A DNA stretch of 64,000 nt from Squalus acanthias (Eukaryota): assembly GCA_030390025.1 (NCBI GenBank), contig CM059432.1, positions 130,388,001-130,452,000 of the forward strand. Direction: 5' to 3'. Position 1 is the stretch's first letter. Each line of letters starts with the position of its first letter. Under the pieces are notes generated by a model that did no database searches, had not been told where the DNA came from, and was given only the letters and a program-made list of their open reading frames with translations. The translations under genes were made by a program, and so were the position numbers. Shown here in pieces: positions 13,868 to 26,430 of this stretch.

Positions 13868-14457
13868 TTCTTCTTAGGCAGTCCCTCGGAACTAAACTTC
13901 CACACTAAAAATGAGTTCGCAGGTGACTGATGAATCCAATGCGGGACCTGCAGTCTCTGTCACAGGTGGGGCAGACGGTGGTTGAAGGGGCGGGTGGGTG
14001 GGGTGCTTGGGTTGACATGCGCTCCTTCCGCTGTTTGCGCTTGGCTTCCGCTTGCTCCCGGCGAAGAGACTCGATGTGTTCGGCGCCTTCCCGGATGCTT
14101 CTCCCCTACTTTGTGCAGTCTTGGGCCAGGGATTCCCAGGTGTCGGTGGGGATGTTGCACTTTTTCAAGGAGGCTTTGAGGATGTCCTTGAAGCGTTTCC
14201 TCTGCCCACCTGGGGCTCTCTTGCCGTGTCGGAGCTCCGAGTAGAGCGTTTGTTTTGGGAGTCTCGTATCGGGCATGTGGACGATGTGACCCGTCCATCG
14301 GAGCTGATCGAGCGTGGTCAAAGCTTCGATGTTGGGGATGTTGGCCTGAGCGAGAGCACGGACGTTGGTGCGCCTATCCTGCCAATGGATTTGCAGGATC
14401 TTGCGGAGACAGCGTTGGTGGTACCTCTCCAGTGCTTTGAGGTGCCTGCTGTACATT
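13868..14457 (-). mobile_element. RTE-clade LINE 3' fragment
   Basis: ORF LERYHQRCLRKILQIHWQDRRTN...QLRWTGHIVHMPDTRLPKQTLYSEL...GGQRKRFKD; 3' end gggactgcctaagaagaa. Confidence 0.9.
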
Positions 14458-17400
14458 GTCTATGCTAGAGAAATGTTAACATCCTTTTGCTTCTTTCCCT
14501 TTTTCATAAATACATTTTTGAAATGTTTTTGTTTAAATGTTGAGAACTGATGAAATCATTGAGATGTACTGAATTATAGGAGTTCCTGAACCTTACTATG
14601 GGGTGAGTTGAGTCAACATCAGCAGGAATACAATCATAACTGCAGGGATGATATACGGTCAGTTGTGTATTTTAATTCACTATAGTACCCTACCAAGCCA
14701 GGAACCCTGTTGATGTCAAACATTTGCAGTTTAAAAAAAATGAAAAATCAACTGAAAAGACGAGAAAGAATTCTAGTGCAAATCATAATTCTTTCTAATT
14801 GTTTGATTCTTATAAAAGAGTCCTGATTGTAAGATTCTTTCATCATAGATTCATACTGATGGAGACCCAACAACAACCTGGATGCCTGCACTCACAGGCA
14901 AAAGAAAGCATGTGGTAAAAGGAGAGAAGAGGAAATCATTTTAAAATACAGAACACCAAAGCTATTGTACCATATAGGAGTTAAGATATTTTCAGACCTA
15001 ATCATTTTTTAAATGGGGTCATAAGAAAGTGACAACATAAGGAAACACAGGGGAAAAAAGTGGTATTTCTGTTTTGGTTGCACATTAATATGCTGGGAAA
15101 AATGCAGAACACAATGTGGATAGTTCAGATTTGTTCCAATACTAATTCACATAAATATTAAACTTTTTCATTCTCCTTTTGAAATTCACAAAAAAGTAGA
15201 GCCTTTTCCACAACTCTAAGAAAACTCAAAAGTGAAGGCTTCTTTTCCCCCAGTATTTACATTTCTTTTGTAGATAACAAATTAGTCTCTCAAAAACCTC
15301 AACCAAACTTAACAGGGTTAACTTTCAATTATTTTCCACACTTTCAACAAAACAAACATACGATGGCTGCCAAGGTGATTGGTCAATGCACTGGCCTCTG
15401 CAAGTTCATCGTTGTTCAGTTGATTCTAGTTTAATTACCAATTAGCTACTTTGAAATAAAGGGGCCTTTTATCATTGTGTATTCTACTCTTACTATGCAT
15501 AAACATTAGTTAGCAACAAACAAAATGACTGTGCTGGGATGAAAATGACTGTTGGGATGAACCTTATTCATTAAAAACTGTAGCAGATACATTTCATAAT
15601 CAAAAGAAGCATTTGCTATTTTCAAATCTGATGCTATGGAGCTAAAATTATAATCTTGCAATATCAATTTACAAACATGCTGATTATACTGATTAAGCTG
15701 TGTTACAAAATGTCACAACTACAGTATACAGGTGTTCATTTGCTAAACAAAACATGTTTTCAGTTGTCTTCTATTGCTCTGCTTAATGACCTTCAGAAAC
15801 AGGTGACTTTCATTAATATGCACCAAAATTGAAGGGAAAGGTGGTTACTACTTGCCATGAAAGTGGCAGAGCTGAGGTTTCTAACCATTGCATAACAGCA
15901 TCTAAAGTCACTGACAAAAAGCATGATCAAAAAATAATGTTGCTTGTATGCCGATGGTCACTAAACCCAGTCTTCTGTACAAGCACAAAGATGTATGATC
16001 ATGTGAATATGTATGCACCAAATAAGATACCACCAATATGCATGTTAGAAAGATGCAATACATCTTTGCAGTACTATGTGAATAGTTTACTTTTAAAATT
16101 TTAATTAATACAGCTATTAATGGCAATGACCCCGACAGATTACAAAGAATAAAAAGCACTGTGCAAAATGCAGAAATAACCTGTGGTAATAATGTGACTC
16201 ACGACAAAATCTGCAACAGCACACTTCAGAATGGTTCATGAGTCATGTCGACCTTCCTGTTTCTGTCATCAGTCTGATCTGTGCTGGCAACTGTGTCTGA
16301 TTATTTAAATACAGTTCTGATTAACCGTTTGAAGACCACATCCTTGATTAAAAGGAATGCATCTACTCAAAGCTGTTACACGCGAGATAGACTCCTGTCT
16401 GGTGTGGTCCTCACAAACAGCAACTGCCCAAGAGTAACAAAACTCACCACCACTTATGGTCTGCTAATTAATTATGATTTCCGTCTTGTTAATTAATTAA
16501 GCCCTGAAACCATATTGGAAATTGGTGTTTCCAGGCAGCTCCATGAAACAGGAAGCAAAAAAAAAAAGTTTCCTTATTAAACATCAATTGACCGAAGCAG
16601 TGGGAAAACAATGCAATACAGGCTACACACTCCATTAGGGAAGAGGGGGAGCAATCTGAGTCTATTCTGGATTGCTGTCATACACCTTTGGTTTCAGACC
16701 AGCATTGGTGGAGGCTTAGGAGCAAGCCTCTTTACTACCCTGTCAGCCATCAATGGTGTGTGGTTTGGGTTTTAAAAATTATCTAGCGTTTTTGATTTCA
16801 GTTTTGTGCATCAGCGCCAGTAAAACACTGTATGGAGGAGAAACTTGCCTGTGGAAGAGCAGTGATTTTGTACTGTACTCTTTGTAACTGCAGTACTCTT
16901 GTAATGCAGCCTGGGAAATGAGGGAGAACTCAGTGGTGCCACAAAGAAGGAAGGTAAATGGTAGTGGGGATAATGCTATTCGTAGACAAATTATTCTGCC
17001 GTACAAACAAGACCAACATTGTGGCGATTTGTCTGCAAGGGAAAAGTTTGGACATATTGAAGGAAACTAAAAGAAGAGAGTAAAGTTGTAGTTTCAGTAT
17101 TTGATGAAGGCAATGAGTTCCTGTGTACAAGATTGGATGCAAATGAGTGGTTGGTCAGATGATGCCTTTAGAACTTAGATAACTGGGACTGTTTTAGGGG
17201 TAAACCCGAGTATTAGAGAAGTGATGGGCTATAGTAGGTAGACAAGCTACCAATGAAGAACGTTTTCCACAGGAAAAGTACTTATAAGGAAGTGCTGTGA
17301 GGAAAAACACAAAGGAAAAAAAGAGATGAGAAATAATGAGAGAGAGAGGGAAAGCTAAGTATTTTGTCGTTGTGCTAGGAGCATGAAAAACAAGTAAAAG

Positions 17401-17639
17401 CTAGGAGAACACAATTCCAGATTGCTGAGAACATCTCAAGTAACAATGAAAGATTTTTCAAATATATACGCAATAAATACTGGAAAAAGTGTTGGCCTAC
17501 TTAGATACGATAGTGTGAGCTGGATTCTGTGGACAAAGAAATACATAGCTATCAAAGTTACTTTTAGAATAATACTTCACATCTGTCTTTATCAAGAGGA
17601 AGAAGGCTGCCAAAGTCAGATACCAGATTTCTAGGAACA

Positions 17640-18960
17640 GTCCAGTCCACAAAAAGCAGGACAATCCAATCCGGCCAATTACCAACTTATGAGCCTACTC
17701 TCAATCATCAGCCAAGTGATGGAAGGAATATTCAACAGTGTTACCAAGTGGCACTTACTCATGAATAACCTGCTCAGCGATGCTCAGTTTGGGTTCTACC
17801 AGAACCATTTGGCTCCAGACCTCCTGACAGCCTTGGTCCAAACAAGGAAAAAAGAGCTGAATTCCAGTGGTGAGCTGAGAGTAACTGCCTTTGTCATCAA
17901 GGCAGTATTCGTCGCACCAAGGAGCCCTATTAAAACTGAAGTGAATGGGGTTCAAAGAGAAAACTCTCTAGTGGCTGGTGTCATAACTAGCACAAAGGAA
18001 GATGGTTGTGGTTGTTGGAGGCCAATCATCTCAGCCTCAGGACATCGCTGCAGGAGTTAATCAGGGCAGCATCCTAGGCCCAACTATCTTCAGCTGCTTC
18101 ATCAATGACCACCCCTCCATCATAAGGTCAGAAGTGATGAAGAAACGGCAATATATGTCCAAGTCGGAATGGAGCGTGACTTGGAGGGGATATGTACAGA
18201 GCGTTCAGCCCCATTCGCAATTCCTCAGATAATGAAGCAGTCTGTGCCCACATACAGCGAGACCTGGACAACATCCAGGCTTGAGCTGCTAAGTGGAAAG
18301 TAACATGCGTGCCACACAAATGTTAGGCAAGGATCTTATCCAACAAGAGAGAGCATAACTACCTCCCATTGACATTACCATTGCCAAATCTCCCACAATT
18401 AACATCCTGGGGGTCACCATTGACCAGAAACTCAACTGGACCAACCACCTATAGGCCGTGGTTACTAGTACCAGTCAGAGGCTGGGTATTCTGTGGCGAG
18501 TGACTCACCTCCTGGCTCCCCAAATGCTCTCCACCAATTACAAGGCACAAATCAGGAATGTGATGAAATATTCTCCAATTGTCTGGATGGGTGCAGCTGC
18601 AACAACACTCAAGAAGCTCGACACCATCCAGGACAAAGCAGCCCGCTTGATTGCAGCCCATCCACCACCTTAAACATCGACTCCTTCCACCACTGGCACA
18701 CTGTGGCTGCAGTGTGTACTTTCTACAGGATGCACTGCAGCAACTCGCCAAAAAAAGACTTGCATTTATATAGCGCCTTTCACGGCCACCGGACGTCTCA
18801 AAGCGCTTTACAGCCAATTAAGTACTTTTGAAGTGGAGTCACTGTTGTAATGTGGGAAATGCGGCAGCCAATTTGTGCACAGCAAGCTCCCACAAACAGC
18901 AATGTGATAATGACCAGATAATCTGTAAAGGCTTCTCGACAGCTCCTCTCAAACCCGCCA
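17640..18960 (+). mobile_element. CR1/L2-group LINE (second family) RT fragment, with a SINE nested at 18752-18925
   Basis: LLSDAQFGF, GVNQGSILGPTIFSCFIND and YKAQIRNVMKYSP...LDTIQDKA; same family as 51905-52292. Confidence 0.85.
18752..18925 (-). mobile_element. DeuSINE-like SINE 3' part
   Basis: Reverse complement of the 3' half of 55825-56282 (gacttgcatttatatagcgcc...gcagccaatttgtgcacagcaag). Confidence 0.75.
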
Positions 18961-19299
18961 CATGGTACCTGGCCCAGACAACCTGCATCCATGAGTCTTC
19001 GTGTCAGTTTGGCTGGGATGATGGCACTTTCAGAGGACTTCAGCACATAATTTAAGTAGTATTGAGGGACTGCTGCATTGCTGAGAGAGCTCTTCTAGTA
19101 TCCTAACACATTTCCACCTCAGTCAATATCATCAAAAACAGATTAACTGGTCATTCATCTATGCTGTTTGTGGTCTATTCGCAAATTGGCTGCTGCACTT
19201 GCCTACATAACAATGAGAACACTTCAGAAACAACAGAATTCATTGGATGCTTTATGACAAAAAATATAAGTTTTTTCTTAAAAGGAGATGGTGACTGAA

Positions 19300-19685
19300 A
19301 ATAAAGATTTGCATTTCTGTAGCAACTGATCATGTCTCTCAGAAATGTCCAAAAGGGCTTCACATTAATCACTCTGAAGTGTAGTCACTGTGGTTATAAG
19401 GACAAATGCAGCTTTTGATAGTGTAGGTTGAGAGAGAAGTGTTGGCCAGAATATGGGAAGAACTCCCTGTTCCTCTTCAAATATTGTCATGAGATCATTA
19501 ACATCCACCTGAACAGGCATATGGAACGTGTGTTTAATGTTTCTTCTGCAAAAGTGCAGCACTCCTTCACATCTGCACAGAAGTGTCAGCCAAGATAATG
19601 TACTCAAGTCCTGGAGTAGGGCTCGAACTCGCAACCTTCTGAATCAGGTGAGAGTATGCTACCAACTGAGCCAAGCTGACACCCA
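19300..19685 (-). mobile_element. DeuSINE-like SINE, degenerate
   Basis: Reverse complement of the head (gtgtcagcttggctcag...tcagaaggttgcgagttcgagccc) and body of 55825-56282. Confidence 0.7.
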
Positions 19686-20189
19686 TATTTGTGAAGATTT
19701 ACATTTTTTGCAGGTTTGCTAAATTTGCGGGAGAATCCTGCTGATTGGGAATTGACTAACCTGCATTATTTAAAAATAAAAGGGTCAAGAGGCATACCTG
19801 GAAACTACAGATCAGTAAGTTTAATATCTGTTAAATGATTGAAAGTTCTAGTGAACACTTGGAAAAGCATCAAATGTAAAGGATGGTCAGCAGAGATTCT
19901 AGAAAGGAAGGTGATGTTTAACTAACGTTACTAATTTGGTTGACAGGACAAACACAGTTAACATGATATCTTCAGATTTTCAGAAAGCATTTGACAAAGT
20001 TCCACATTAGTGATTAATGGCAAAAGCAAGGAGTCCCTGAACTGGAGGTTGGCACTTGACAGAAAATTGGCTTAAAAACAGGAAACTTTCAGAGCAGAAA
20101 GTGGTTGTGAGCAGCATAATCTAGAAATAACAACAGAAAACGCTGGAAAAATTCAGCAGGCCAGGCAGCATCCGTGGAGAGAGAAACAG

Positions 20190-20226
20190 AGTTAACGTTT
20201 CAGGTCGAAGACCTTTCGTCAGAACT
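20190..20226 (-). ncRNA. Minimal hammerhead ribozyme motif in PLE family B tail
   Basis: Minus strand reads agtt-CTGACGA-a-AGGTC-ttc-GACCT-GAA-ACGT-T-aact. Confidence 0.78.
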
Positions 20227-20501
20227 GGAAATAGCAGGAAATGAAATAGATTTAAGGCAAGGATAAAGCTGGGAAAAGGGGGAGGGGATGAAAGAACAAA
20301 AGGAGAGATTAAGAGACATTAAGAGATGATCAAGGCAAGAGGTGGTGTTAATGTGACAGGTTGAGGCTAAAAGAAGTGTGAAATGCACTGGCAGAATGAA
20401 GGACAGCTGCCAGCTTCTAGGAGGGGGGAAAAAAGGGAAGGGGGGGGGGCAAACAAAAGGGTGGATGAAAAAATAAAATATAAATGTGATAGGGGCTGAG
20501 G

Positions 20502-21692
20502 TTATGATCTAAAATTGTTGAACTCGATATTGAGTCCAGAGGGCTGTAGCGTGCCTAAACGAAAGATGAGGTGCTGTTCCTCGAGCTTACGCTGCGCTTC
20601 CGTGGAACAGTGTAATAGGCCGAGGACGGTGAGGTCAGAGTGGGAGTGGAGCGGAGAATTAAAGTGACAGGCCACCGGGAGCTCGGGGTCCCCCTTACGG
20701 ACTGAACGGAGGTGTTCCGCAAAGCGGTCACCCAATCTGCGTTTGGTCTCCCCAATGTAGAGGAGCCCACATCGTGAGCAGCGAATACAGTATACTAAAT
20801 TGCAGGAAGTACAAGTAAATCGCTGTTTCACCTGGAAGGGGTGTTTGGGGCCCTGGACAGTGGGAAGAGGGGAGGTATAAGGGCATGTGTTGCATCTCCT
20901 GCGCTTGCACGGGAAGGTGCCGGGCGAAGGGGAAGGGGTGCTGGGGGTGGTAGAGGAGTGGACTAGGGTGTCGCGGAGGGAGCGGTCCCTGCGGAATGCT
21001 GAAAGGGGAGGTGAGGGGAAGATGCGTTTGGTGGTGGGATCACGCTGGAGGTGGCGGAAATGGCGGAGGATGATCCGTTGAATGTGGAGGCTGGTGGGGT
21101 GAAAGGTGAGGACAAGGGGAACTCTATCGTGGTTCCGGGAGGGAGGGGCAGGGGTGAGGGCAGAAGTGCGAGAGATAGAACGGACACGGTCGAGGGCCGT
21201 GTCGACCACGGTAGAGGGGAATCCTCGGTTGAGGAAAAAGGAAGACATGTCGGAAGCACTGGTATGGAAGGTGGCATCATCAGAGCAGATGCGGCGGAGA
21301 CGGAGAAACTGGGAGAATGGAATAGAGTCCTTACAGGTGGCGGGGTGGGAGGAAGTGTAGTCCAGGTAGCTGTGGGAGTCAGTGGGCTTGTAGTGAATGT
21401 TAGTCAATAACCTATCCCCAGAGATGGAGACGGAGAAGTCGAGGAAGGGAAGGGAAGAGTCGGAGATGGACCATGTGAAGGTGAGGGAAAGGTGGAAATT
21501 GGAAGCATAGTGAATGAAATGTTCTAGTTCAGGGCGAGAGCAGGAGACGGCGCCGATACAGTCATCAATGTACCGGAAAAAGAGGTAAGGGAGGGGACCC
21601 GAGTAGGACTGGAACAAAGAGTGTTCCACATATCCCACGAAAAGGCAGGCATAGCTAGGACCCATGCGGGTACCCATAGCAACACCTTCCAA
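20502..21692 (-). CDS. Penelope-type RT C-terminal half plus GIY-YIG endonuclease (open frame, 5'-truncated)
   Basis: GVAMGTRMGPSYA, FRYIDD, LPFLD, YKPTDSHSYL, CKRRRCNTC and LVYCIRCSRCGLLYIGETKR; no internal stops over about 395 codons. Confidence 0.9.
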   Translation of the reverse strand: MEGVAMGTRMGPSYACLFVGYVEHSLFQSYSGPLPYLFFRYIDDCIGAVSCSRPELEHFIHYASNFHLSLTFTWSISDSSLPFLDFSVSISGDRLLTNIHYKPTDSHSYLDYTSSHPATCKDSIPFSQFLRLRRICSDDATFHTSASDMSSFFLNRGFPSTVVDTALDRVRSISRTSALTPAPPSRNHDRVPLVLTFHPTSLHIQRIILRHFRHLQRDPTTKRIFPSPPLSAFRRDRSLRDTLVHSSTTPSTPSPSPGTFPCKRRRCNTCPYTSPLPTVQGPKHPFQVKQRFTCTSCNLVYCIRCSRCGLLYIGETKRRLGDRFAEHLRSVRKGDPELPVACHFNSPLHSHSDLTVLGLLHCSTEAQRKLEEQHLIFRLGTLQPSGLNIEFNNFRS

Positions 21693-24502
21693 CAGCATAA
21701 TCTAGAGTTAGTTTTGGGACCCTTGATATATGTATTATATAAATACACAGACAGACACAGGCATGGGTATATAAGCAAAATACCCAAATTTACAGATAAT
21801 GAACAGTGAGTCAAGATAAATAACAAAGGATAATACAAACAGATTTAAAAGAATTTAGATCTTTTATGCAACTGAAACCAATAGATGCAATTTAATGTAG
21901 AGAAGTATACAATAATTAGTATGGGAACAAGGAACCAAAATAAGGAGCACTAGGTGGGTGGAGCAGTGACACAGCATGCTTATTAGAATAGAAGTTGTAT
22001 TGTTGCTGTATAAGTTTTTGTCAGATCCCATCTGGAGTAGGATGTGATGTTCTGGACATTTAATCATAGGAAGGTTATCAATGCCCTTGAGAGGATACAG
22101 ATGGAAGCAAAATAAATAATGAGTATCCGTAATTTAAACTATGAAGAAAGGTTAAGGAAATTGCCTTATGGGGATGATCTCCGAAAGAGAGACAGGCTAA
22201 TAAATTCTTACTTTGTAAAGGACAAAATTCAACATAACACGCTTGGCAAGCACAAATTAAAATCCCAGTTCTGACATATATTTAAATGATTCACTTTAAG
22301 CTTAATCACATGTAAGATAGGGGGAAAATTAACTGTCTTAAAAGACACTCACTTTCCAAACTCCTCAAGCAAATCTTTCAGTTGGCTGATTTACTGACAC
22401 CATGCACACAGAATGTCGCTCTGTTTAACAGTCCCACCCGCTCAACTGAGAAAACTGAAACAAATGACAATTAATTAAGTTTGTCTTCCTTGTGACAGAC
22501 TCCAGAAAAATACCCTGCCTGGGTTTACATGGTACCAATTCCATGGTTGATGAAGCTGCTTTTGAGACTGACTTTTATTAAAGTACAAAAGAGCACACTA
22601 TAACCAAGTTAAGCAACATACCATCTTAACCGACCTCCAAAATGTAGGTAAAACTTTTTTTTTTAAAAAGAGCTTTCACTGAGATACAAAGAGCATGCTA
22701 TGACCAGATTAAAATTACATTTTCTTATGCAACCTCTTTAATATAGGTACAACTGCTCTACAAGAAGTTTCCACCATTCTGACTTTCAGAACCGTCTTAC
22801 ACTGCCCTTCCTTCCCAGCTAGAATGCGTCCTTCACTGTAACAGAGTTTGGATTTTTGCTGGTGTGAAAGTATAGCTGCATAAAGGGTGCCAAACATTAC
22901 ATGAAAGAAAACATTAGACAAAGATCCTGTGTAAAATATCTGTGAAAGGTTTGGAAGGATTTTCTGCTCATCCCTAGAAAGAAACACTTATTCTTGTAAC
23001 ACCTCAACCGTAAGATTTGTATTTACACTTCTGGAGAATATTACAAAAAAATTAAATAAACTTGGCAGCAATAAGACTTATAGGAAAACCTTCATCCAGC
23101 CACAGAGATGCTTTGAGTTCTTATGATCAAAATGCTTTACAACCATGCCAGCAACTAAACCACATCTGCTGTGGCTTACAGCAGCCTTTCACTTCTGAGT
23201 CACCACAACAGTTCATTTTTGATTTGATAAGGAACAGCATTTACTTTCTGAACCAGTCATTACTTTGTTACTTCTTTTAAAAAAAAGTTCTTGATATTTA
23301 GGGGGAAAAATTTGTGTTCTCCCAGCAAAGTTGCCGGTGTAACCGAGTGAAATTGGTCTGGGGGGCACGGAGATAGGTGGCGCAGCGCTCACCTGCCGTG
23401 CAACGCCATCCTGGTGGCGTTGCTTAAGGGATCTGGAACTAAGTTTCTGTCCAGGTCCGGCGTTGCAGCTTCCCACAGCCTCTGTGAGCGAAGCTGTAGA
23501 GCTCGCAGGGAATTGTGGGCAATGAAGAGGTCTGAGAATTAAAGGGGCCATGCACACTGAAGCAATACAAAATAAAATGCAGTGAATCAATACATTTTCC
23601 AGCCCTTTCTTCCTTTTAAGAAATATTCAATATTTAAAATAAGTTCCAAATGTGAATATTCAGCTGTTAAAGCTGAATTCCCTTCCTTACCTCAACAAAT
23701 GGGAAAACTGCCTCAGCACTAACACAAATGGCTCAGCAAGCTAGGGAAGGGGCACCGAGGGTCTCACATGCAGCACTCCAGCTTTGTGCAGGGGGCCAAC
23801 ACTGCAAGACTGGCCCTCGACCCACAGGGGGCAGGAGGCCCTCCAGAAGGAACGATGTGGGAGTACATCACTGAGGCCGTCACTGCCAGCAGTGTCACCC
23901 CACCACCTGGCTCCAGTGCCCAAAGAAGCTTCATGACCTCAGACCACTGGTCAAGGTCAGTGAGTGCATCTTCAAAAGCCATCTCCCACCAACTGCACCA
24001 CTAGCCTCACACACTGCTCAATGCACAACACCCAATCACTCACCTACCAACAATCTGCACCAATGACGAAGCACATCTCCCATTCCTAGCCTCACCTAAC
24101 CCCCTTGGAGGAGATGGTGCAGGTCATTCTTGGCAGGGGCATGGTTGAGCCCTTGGTCAGCGGTGGGGCTAACAGGATACAAGATGCAGGTATCCTTGTA
24201 CATTATTCTCCTTCTGGCATGCACCTCTTGCTTTCCCGCCCTCCCGTTAGCACAACTCCACCCTTGTGCCTTCCCTCATTTCACACAGCCAAGAAATGCA
24301 GCCTGCCCAGCCAGTGGGTCAACAAGAAGAGGCAGCCTGTCCAGCCAGTGGGACCGCAGGCAGATGATTCCATCCCGGATATCCCGGCTACAAAGGGGCT
24401 GTCTGGGATGCATCCTTCCATCTGATTCCTCCTCTTCGGCTTTCTCCTCTTCTTCGTCTTCCTCTTCCCTCTGCAAGCGGATGCTGTAAATGTGAAATGA
24501 CT

Positions 24503-24620
24503 GCATAAAATGCTGGAAATATTCAGTTGGTCAGGTAGCATGTCGACCTGAGACGTAAATTCTGTTCTTCTCTCCACGGATGTTGCGTGACCTGATGAGT
24601 ATTCGCGGCATGTTCTGTCT
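24503..24620. mobile_element. Short inverted PLE family B tail fragment
   Basis: aatgctggaaatattcagttggtcaggtagcat (minus copy) is followed by gtcgacctgagacgtaaattctgttcttctctccacggatgttgcgtgacctgatgagtattc (plus copy). Confidence 0.65.
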
Positions 24621-24924
24621 TCTGAAAAGGCCTTCATTTACCATCCGAGCCCTTGCAAGCGTCCAGCAACACTCGCTACACATTTTAAAAAAAAACTTTT
24701 CACATCTATTGCAGCAAGCCACCACTTCAATAAAATCAAAAAAAAAAAGTCCAAACCCTTAAATTCAAACTTACCTGAATGATGTGTGTGTCCCTTTAAG
24801 AGCTGCAGACATCGCCACTGTCAGCCAACTTGCACGGCAGGTTAACCTGGCGTGCTTAGGACCCAGCGCTGAATTCACGTTGGTGACGTTAAGTCAGCAT
24901 TGCACGCCGATTTAAAAAAAAAAT

Positions 24925-25340
24925 GTATTTGTTCATGGGATGTGGGCAGCATTTATTGCCCATCCCTAATTGCCCTTGAGAAGAACCGTTGTTCTTTTTT
25001 GTAGCGGTTTGGTACAACCGAGTGGCTCGCTGGGCCATTTCAGAGGGCAGCTAAGTGTCAACCACATTGCTGTGGGTCTGGAGTCACATATAGGCCAGAC
25101 CTGTTAAGGATGGCAGATTCCCTTCCCTAAAGGACATTAGTGAACCAGATGGGTTTTTACGACAATCCGGTAGTTTCATGGTCACCATTACTGATACTAG
25201 CTTTTTTCAAATTACAGTTTTATTTAATTAACTGAATTTAAATTCCCCAGCTGCTGTGATGGGATTTGAACTCACGTCTCCGGATCATTAGTCCAGGCTT
25301 CTGGATTACTAGTCCAGTAACACAACCACTATGCTACCGT
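24925..25340 (-). mobile_element. tRNA-type SINE with LINE-derived 3' tail
   Basis: Minus-strand head ggtagcatagtggtt...gagttcaaatcccat; tail cttctcaagggcaattagggatgggcaataaatgc is shared with the LINE end at 56815-57125. Confidence 0.75.
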
Positions 25341-26094
25341 TCCCGATTGACGTCACCACGCCGCCATTTTCCCCCCCCAGGGCGCTGCCAGTTACCGGCA
25401 GCGCAAAGGGGGAGGGAAATATGGCGGCCGCCATGGGACCCACCACCAGCTGGCGAAAGAGCGGCCGCCACCATTTTATCGCCATTTCATGGTGCTACAG
25501 AGTGGCGGTAAGTACATGAATTTCTAGCCCTTAGATTCTTACTTTAAATATGCTGTGCTGCAGCAAATATAAACCATCATCAATGTCCATAACAATATCA
25601 TAAAAGAGTTATGGATGAATTAGCACACTGCCAGGCCCTGGGTTTCAATCTTGCCCAAAATCTGCTGACTGGAGGCTAAGCAAAATTCTTGCTATCTGGG
25701 GAAGATAAAAAGGAGACCAGGTGAATTAGCACCTGTCCATTCTTTTTTCTGCTGCCTCAACTGAGGTCAGCTAACCATTGCTAAGACAGATCAGTAACAT
25801 AAATGTAGCCTTTAAGAGACATGTTATCATGCCAGCTGTGGAATCACTTGTATTATATAAAGACCATTCAGCCACTGCTTCCACTCATCAGGCCATCGTG
25901 GCCACATAATGGGATGTATGGGGAAAGAGCAGGGAAATGGAATTAGAATCATTAGAACCAATTGAACAACAAGCACTAGCAAAGGTACAATGGGCTGAAT
26001 ACCCATTTTCTGTGCTGTAATTTCTATGATCTAGCTTCAGAATCTCTTGCATGCAGGAGATCATAAGAATATAAGACACGAGTTGTTTTAGGGC

Positions 26095-26430
26095 TCTCCG
26101 GATGGGATGTCTTTGTGAGTAGTTGAGTCCTTTAGACCAGGAAGATCTCGGGTTCAATCTCCAGTCTTCAGCGGAGATAGCTGACTTCAGTACTACTGTA
26201 ATTGGCCTCTGTTGGGAAGAGAAAATCAGCCAGCATTCGCACTCTGAAGAATCGCTATCCAACTGAAAATGCACTTGTGTGGCAATCACATGAGGAAAGG
26301 ATTGGGTCAGCTTTCATGCCCCTGCAGTTAAATAGCCAGCCGACACTCACCGCCTAGGCTGACACTTGAAGAATACCCAAATAGGCAAGGTAGCAAGAGG
26401 GACCAGCATCTGGAAAACCACACACCAGGA
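26095..26430 (+). mobile_element. Old tRNA-type SINE
   Basis: agaccaggaagatctcgggttcaatctcc...aaaatcagccag; homologous to 12565-12882. Confidence 0.5.

Larger units (their letters stand above)
20126..21692 (-). mobile_element. Penelope-like element (family B), 5'-truncated, with 14-bp TSD
   Basis: TSD cagcataatctaga at 20112-20125 and 21693-21706; RT and GIY-YIG ORF; sits inside an old CR1 remnant (about 19870-20110 and 21710-22160). Confidence 0.95.
23301..25530. mobile_element. Decayed PIF/Harbinger element (Myb/SANT-like remnant on +, possible transposase remnant on -) with nested repeats
   Basis: Ends tta|gggggaaaaattt and gaatttctagccc|tta; peptide WEYITEAVTASSVTP...(frameshift)WLQCPKKLHDL resembles Myb/SANT-like Harbinger proteins; acidic stretch on the minus strand. 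Confidence 0.45.
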
